Virus record (IMG/VR): IMGVR_UViG_3300020227_000030
Location: 1 to 39,384 of that record
DNA: 39,384 bases
Strand: one strand, 5' to 3'
DNA from: a virus
Taxonomy: Duplodnaviria > Caudoviricetes
The notes beneath the pieces are model-generated. The model saw only the letters and a program-made list of their open reading frames with translations. It had not been told where the DNA came from and made no database searches. Below are positions 37,128-39,384 of this stretch, piece by piece. Both the position numbers and the translations under genes were made by a program. Position 1 is the stretch's first letter. The number at the start of each line of letters is the position of its first letter.

Positions 37128-37778
37128 ATGAAAAAAGTCTTATTTTTAATATTAGCAAGTTTTTTAGTCTTGGGAGCATGTGGGCAAGAAGAAAGCAAGT
37201 CAGAGGATAAGAAAGATACGAAGTCATCTGATAAAAATACCGACAAGGATAAAGATAATAAGAGAGATAATAACCAAAAATCTGAAGATGATGATAAAGA
37301 GAAATCAGATATAAAGAGTAACGAAGAAAACGATAATGAAGAAAAACAAAATCAACAAGACTCACAAACTCAAGAACAACAGGATAGTCAACAGCAAGTT
37401 AACCAAGAACAACAAAATAATAATGACAACGGAATGCATTATGACCCAGAATATGACAAATATGGTTATACAGGTATGGTTGACGAAGATGGTATGCCAG
37501 AATTAGATCCAAATGAAAATTTTGACCCTCACGGTGGTGCTACGCCAGGTGAAAATTATGTTCCAGAAGATGAACCTAAGGAAGATAATTCAGACTCTGA
37601 ATCTGATAATCCTTATATGAATATGCCTAACCAAGAGTGGAGAGCCAATACTGGTGATGGTTTATCATCAGGCGAAAAACAAACTAAGCAACAAATACTT
37701 GACGGTACATTTGAAGGTGATGATGGCGATGAAATATTGGAAGCGCTAGACTATTACCAATCAAAATACGGAAATTAA
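37128..37778 (+). CDS. Lipoprotein, low complexity and acidic
   Basis: GGGAGG RBS; MKKVLFLILASFLVLGAC lipobox. Confidence 0.9.
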   Translation: MKKVLFLILASFLVLGACGQEESKSEDKKDTKSSDKNTDKDKDNKRDNNQKSEDDDKEKSDIKSNEENDNEEKQNQQDSQTQEQQDSQQQVNQEQQNNNDNGMHYDPEYDKYGYTGMVDEDGMPELDPNENFDPHGGATPGENYVPEDEPKEDNSDSESDNPYMNMPNQEWRANTGDGLSSGEKQTKQQILDGTFEGDDGDEILEALDYYQSKYGN

Positions 37779-37783
37779 TTTCA

Positions 37784-37813
37784 AGGGCACTTCCACGTGC
37801 CCTATATATTTTT
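37784..37813 (+). terminator. Hairpin upstream of integrase
   Basis: AGGGCAC-TTCCAC-GTGCCCT followed by an AT/T tract. Confidence 0.5.
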
Positions 37814-37836
37814 ATCTTTGTTAGGAGGAATGCACT

Positions 37837-38901
37837 ATGACAGTTAAAAAATATGCTAATGGTAAGTGGGGATACTATTTTGGACACGAAGGTAAACGTT
37901 ATCGTAAGCAAGGTTTCAAGACTAAACGAGAAGCTAGCGAATCAGAAACACAAGCTAAAAACCAACTAATGCAAGGTATCGTTATAAATAACAAAAGTTC
38001 ATTTATCGAATATTATAATCAATGGATTGATGTGAATAAAAAAGGTGTTATAACTGATCGTGCATATCAAACATTTGTAAATGCGATTAACCAATTTAAA
38101 ACATTTTTAGAAATTGAAAATATCAATGATATACGAATCGATAACTTTAACACCACTTTATACCGTAAGTTTATTAAATGGTACGGAGAGAATCACGCTA
38201 CTGAATCAGTAAGGAAAGTCCATAACTGTATTAAAGCGTCAATCGAAGATGCTATACAAGAAGGATTAATGATTAAAGACCCTACCTATAAAACAGTTGT
38301 AAAAGGCACTAGGCTGACACAAAGAGAAGAAGATAAGTTTATGAGTATAAAAGCATTTAATGGCTTAAAAGATTACGTACGTGGCACATACAAGCAATCA
38401 TACTTATTCATCTATTTACTTATTATAACTGGCGGCAGATTTGGAGAAGTGCAACGATTAAATAAAACAGATTTCAACTTTGTTAAAAACACAATTCACC
38501 TTCCTGGTACAAAAACAGAAACTTCAGATAGAACGATAGACATTCCTAAAATGGATATGAAATATATTGAAAATGCCCTATCGAATATGCCAACTAATAT
38601 GAGTGGACAAGTATTTAACACAGGCACATCATTAATTACAAATAATGCAGTAACTAAAGTTTTACAAAAATACTGTTTAGAAAATAAGTTAGGTAAATAC
38701 ACATTGCACTCTATCAGACACACACATTGTTCTTATCTACTTCATAATGGTGTATCAATATATTACATTTCAAAACGATTAGGTCATCGTAATATAAAAA
38801 CGACAATGGACGTATACTCTCACCTATTAGATGAAACGGCAGAAATCGAGAAAGATAAGGCTATAACTGCATTAGAAGCAATGCCAACATCGTTGGCGTA
38901 A
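37837..38901 (+). CDS. int: Tyrosine integrase
   Basis: Arm-binding N-terminus (GFKTKREA); TGGRFGE, HSIRHTH and RLGH...VYSH motifs. Confidence 0.97.
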   Translation: MTVKKYANGKWGYYFGHEGKRYRKQGFKTKREASESETQAKNQLMQGIVINNKSSFIEYYNQWIDVNKKGVITDRAYQTFVNAINQFKTFLEIENINDIRIDNFNTTLYRKFIKWYGENHATESVRKVHNCIKASIEDAIQEGLMIKDPTYKTVVKGTRLTQREEDKFMSIKAFNGLKDYVRGTYKQSYLFIYLLIITGGRFGEVQRLNKTDFNFVKNTIHLPGTKTETSDRTIDIPKMDMKYIENALSNMPTNMSGQVFNTGTSLITNNAVTKVLQKYCLENKLGKYTLHSIRHTHCSYLLHNGVSIYYISKRLGHRNIKTTMDVYSHLLDETAEIEKDKAITALEAMPTSLA

Positions 38902-38941
38902 CTATAAATATTCAACGCCAATATTGGCGTTTGATTGGCGT
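38882..38941. repeat. TTGGCGT repeats, probable integrase arm-type sites
   Basis: Four exact copies and one variant, including the palindrome AACGCCAATATTGGCGTT (38914-38931). Confidence 0.65.
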
Positions 38942-38982
38942 AAAATCTTATTCACGATATATAACGAAGAACATCAATGTAT

Positions 38983-39030
38983 AATAAAACCCCGTTATAT
39001 CAACGTTTAGATTAACGAAGTATAACGAGG
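38983..39030 (-). terminator. Terminator-like hairpin after tRNA-Ser
   Basis: CCTCGTTATA...TATAACGGGG followed by TTTTATT. Confidence 0.55.
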
Positions 39031-39043
39031 AATATCGAATTAA

Positions 39044-39132
39044 CGGAGAGTGAGGGATTCGAACCCTCGAGACGCTTGTGGCGCCTACACACTTTCCAGG
39101 CGTGCTCCTTCGGCCAACTCGGACAACTCTCC
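39044..39132 (-). tRNA. tRNA-Ser(GGA), probable attachment site; CCA not encoded
   Basis: GGAGAG acceptor stem, CT-GGA-AA anticodon loop, long variable arm, GGTTCGAATCC. Confidence 0.96.
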
Positions 39133-39171
39133 ATATAAAAAAACAGAAGCGATATTTCACTTCTGTTTGTA

Positions 39172-39243
39172 TGACCCCGACGGGACTCGAACCCGTGTTA
39201 CCGCCGTGAAAGGGCGGTGTCTTAACCGCTTGACCACGGGGCC
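39172..39243 (-). tRNA. tRNA-Glu(TTC)
   Basis: GGCCCCG...CTTTCAC...GGTTCGAGTCC...CGGGGTCA. Confidence 0.96.
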
Positions 39244-39244
39244 A

Positions 39245-39319
39245 TGGCTCCACAGGTAGGACTCGAACCTACGACCGATCGGTTAACAGCCGATAGCTCT
39301 ACCACTGAGCTACTGTGGA
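39245..39319 (-). tRNA. tRNA-Asn(GTT)
   Basis: TCCACAG...CTGTTAA...CTGTGGAGCCA. Confidence 0.97.
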
Positions 39320-39329
39320 ATAATTATAA

Positions 39330-39384
39330 TGGAGCGGGTGATGGGAATCGAACCCACAACATCAGCTTGGAAGGCTGAGGTTTT
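39330..39384 (-). tRNA. tRNA-Gly(TCC), 3' part
   Basis: CTTCCAA anticodon loop, GGTTCGATTCC, ...CCCGCTCCA. Confidence 0.93.

Larger units (their letters stand above)
1..39044 (-). mobile_element. Temperate siphovirus prophage (HK97-type head, likely cos), left end outside window
   Basis: Ordered integrase-immunity-replication-packaging-head-tail modules; integrase abuts 3' end of tRNA-Ser. Confidence 0.97.

Noticed and set aside
37200-37430. GATAA/CAA-rich repeats as an array
   Set aside because: Low-complexity lipoprotein linker codons, not CRISPR or a regular tandem repeat
38948-39259. ORFs 38948-39253 (-) and 39050-39259 (+)
   Set aside because: They overlap clear tRNA genes and are spurious
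1-39384. CRISPR array, reverse transcriptase/DGR, intron or intein, toxin cargo, arbitrium system
   Set aside because: No matching repeats or motifs seen; terminase and helicase are of normal length; the lysis-proximal cargo region is outside the window

Overview
Most of a temperate siphovirus prophage, Staphylococcus-like by protein families and low GC (probably a coagulase-negative host, inferred). It is integrated at the 3' end of tRNA-Ser(GGA), the last gene of a host tRNA cluster (Gly-Asn-Glu-Ser, minus strand). Right to left: tyrosine integrase, lipoprotein, ImmA/ImmR-type immunity switch, mosaic early region, replication genes, dUTPase, RinB/RinA, HNH and terminases, HK97-type head, and tail genes up to a frameshifted phi29 gp12-like tailspike. 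The lysis module and the other att site lie beyond the left edge. Main discovery candidate: the major capsid and major tail genes each carry a hidden 22-codon +1-frameshift extension, folded into a covarying RNA hairpin. Both add the same 20-aa tag, resembling FN3 strands A-B. A separate Ig-like protein begins with an FN3 domain lacking those strands and ends with a third, in-frame copy of the tag, suggesting a split-FN3 plug-and-socket virion decoration system. Also notable: a duplicated G/GT tail chaperone with a motif-repeat micro-ORF, and two copies of a membrane-peptide/antisense-RNA cassette. Family assignments are from motif recognition and synteny; no searches were run.
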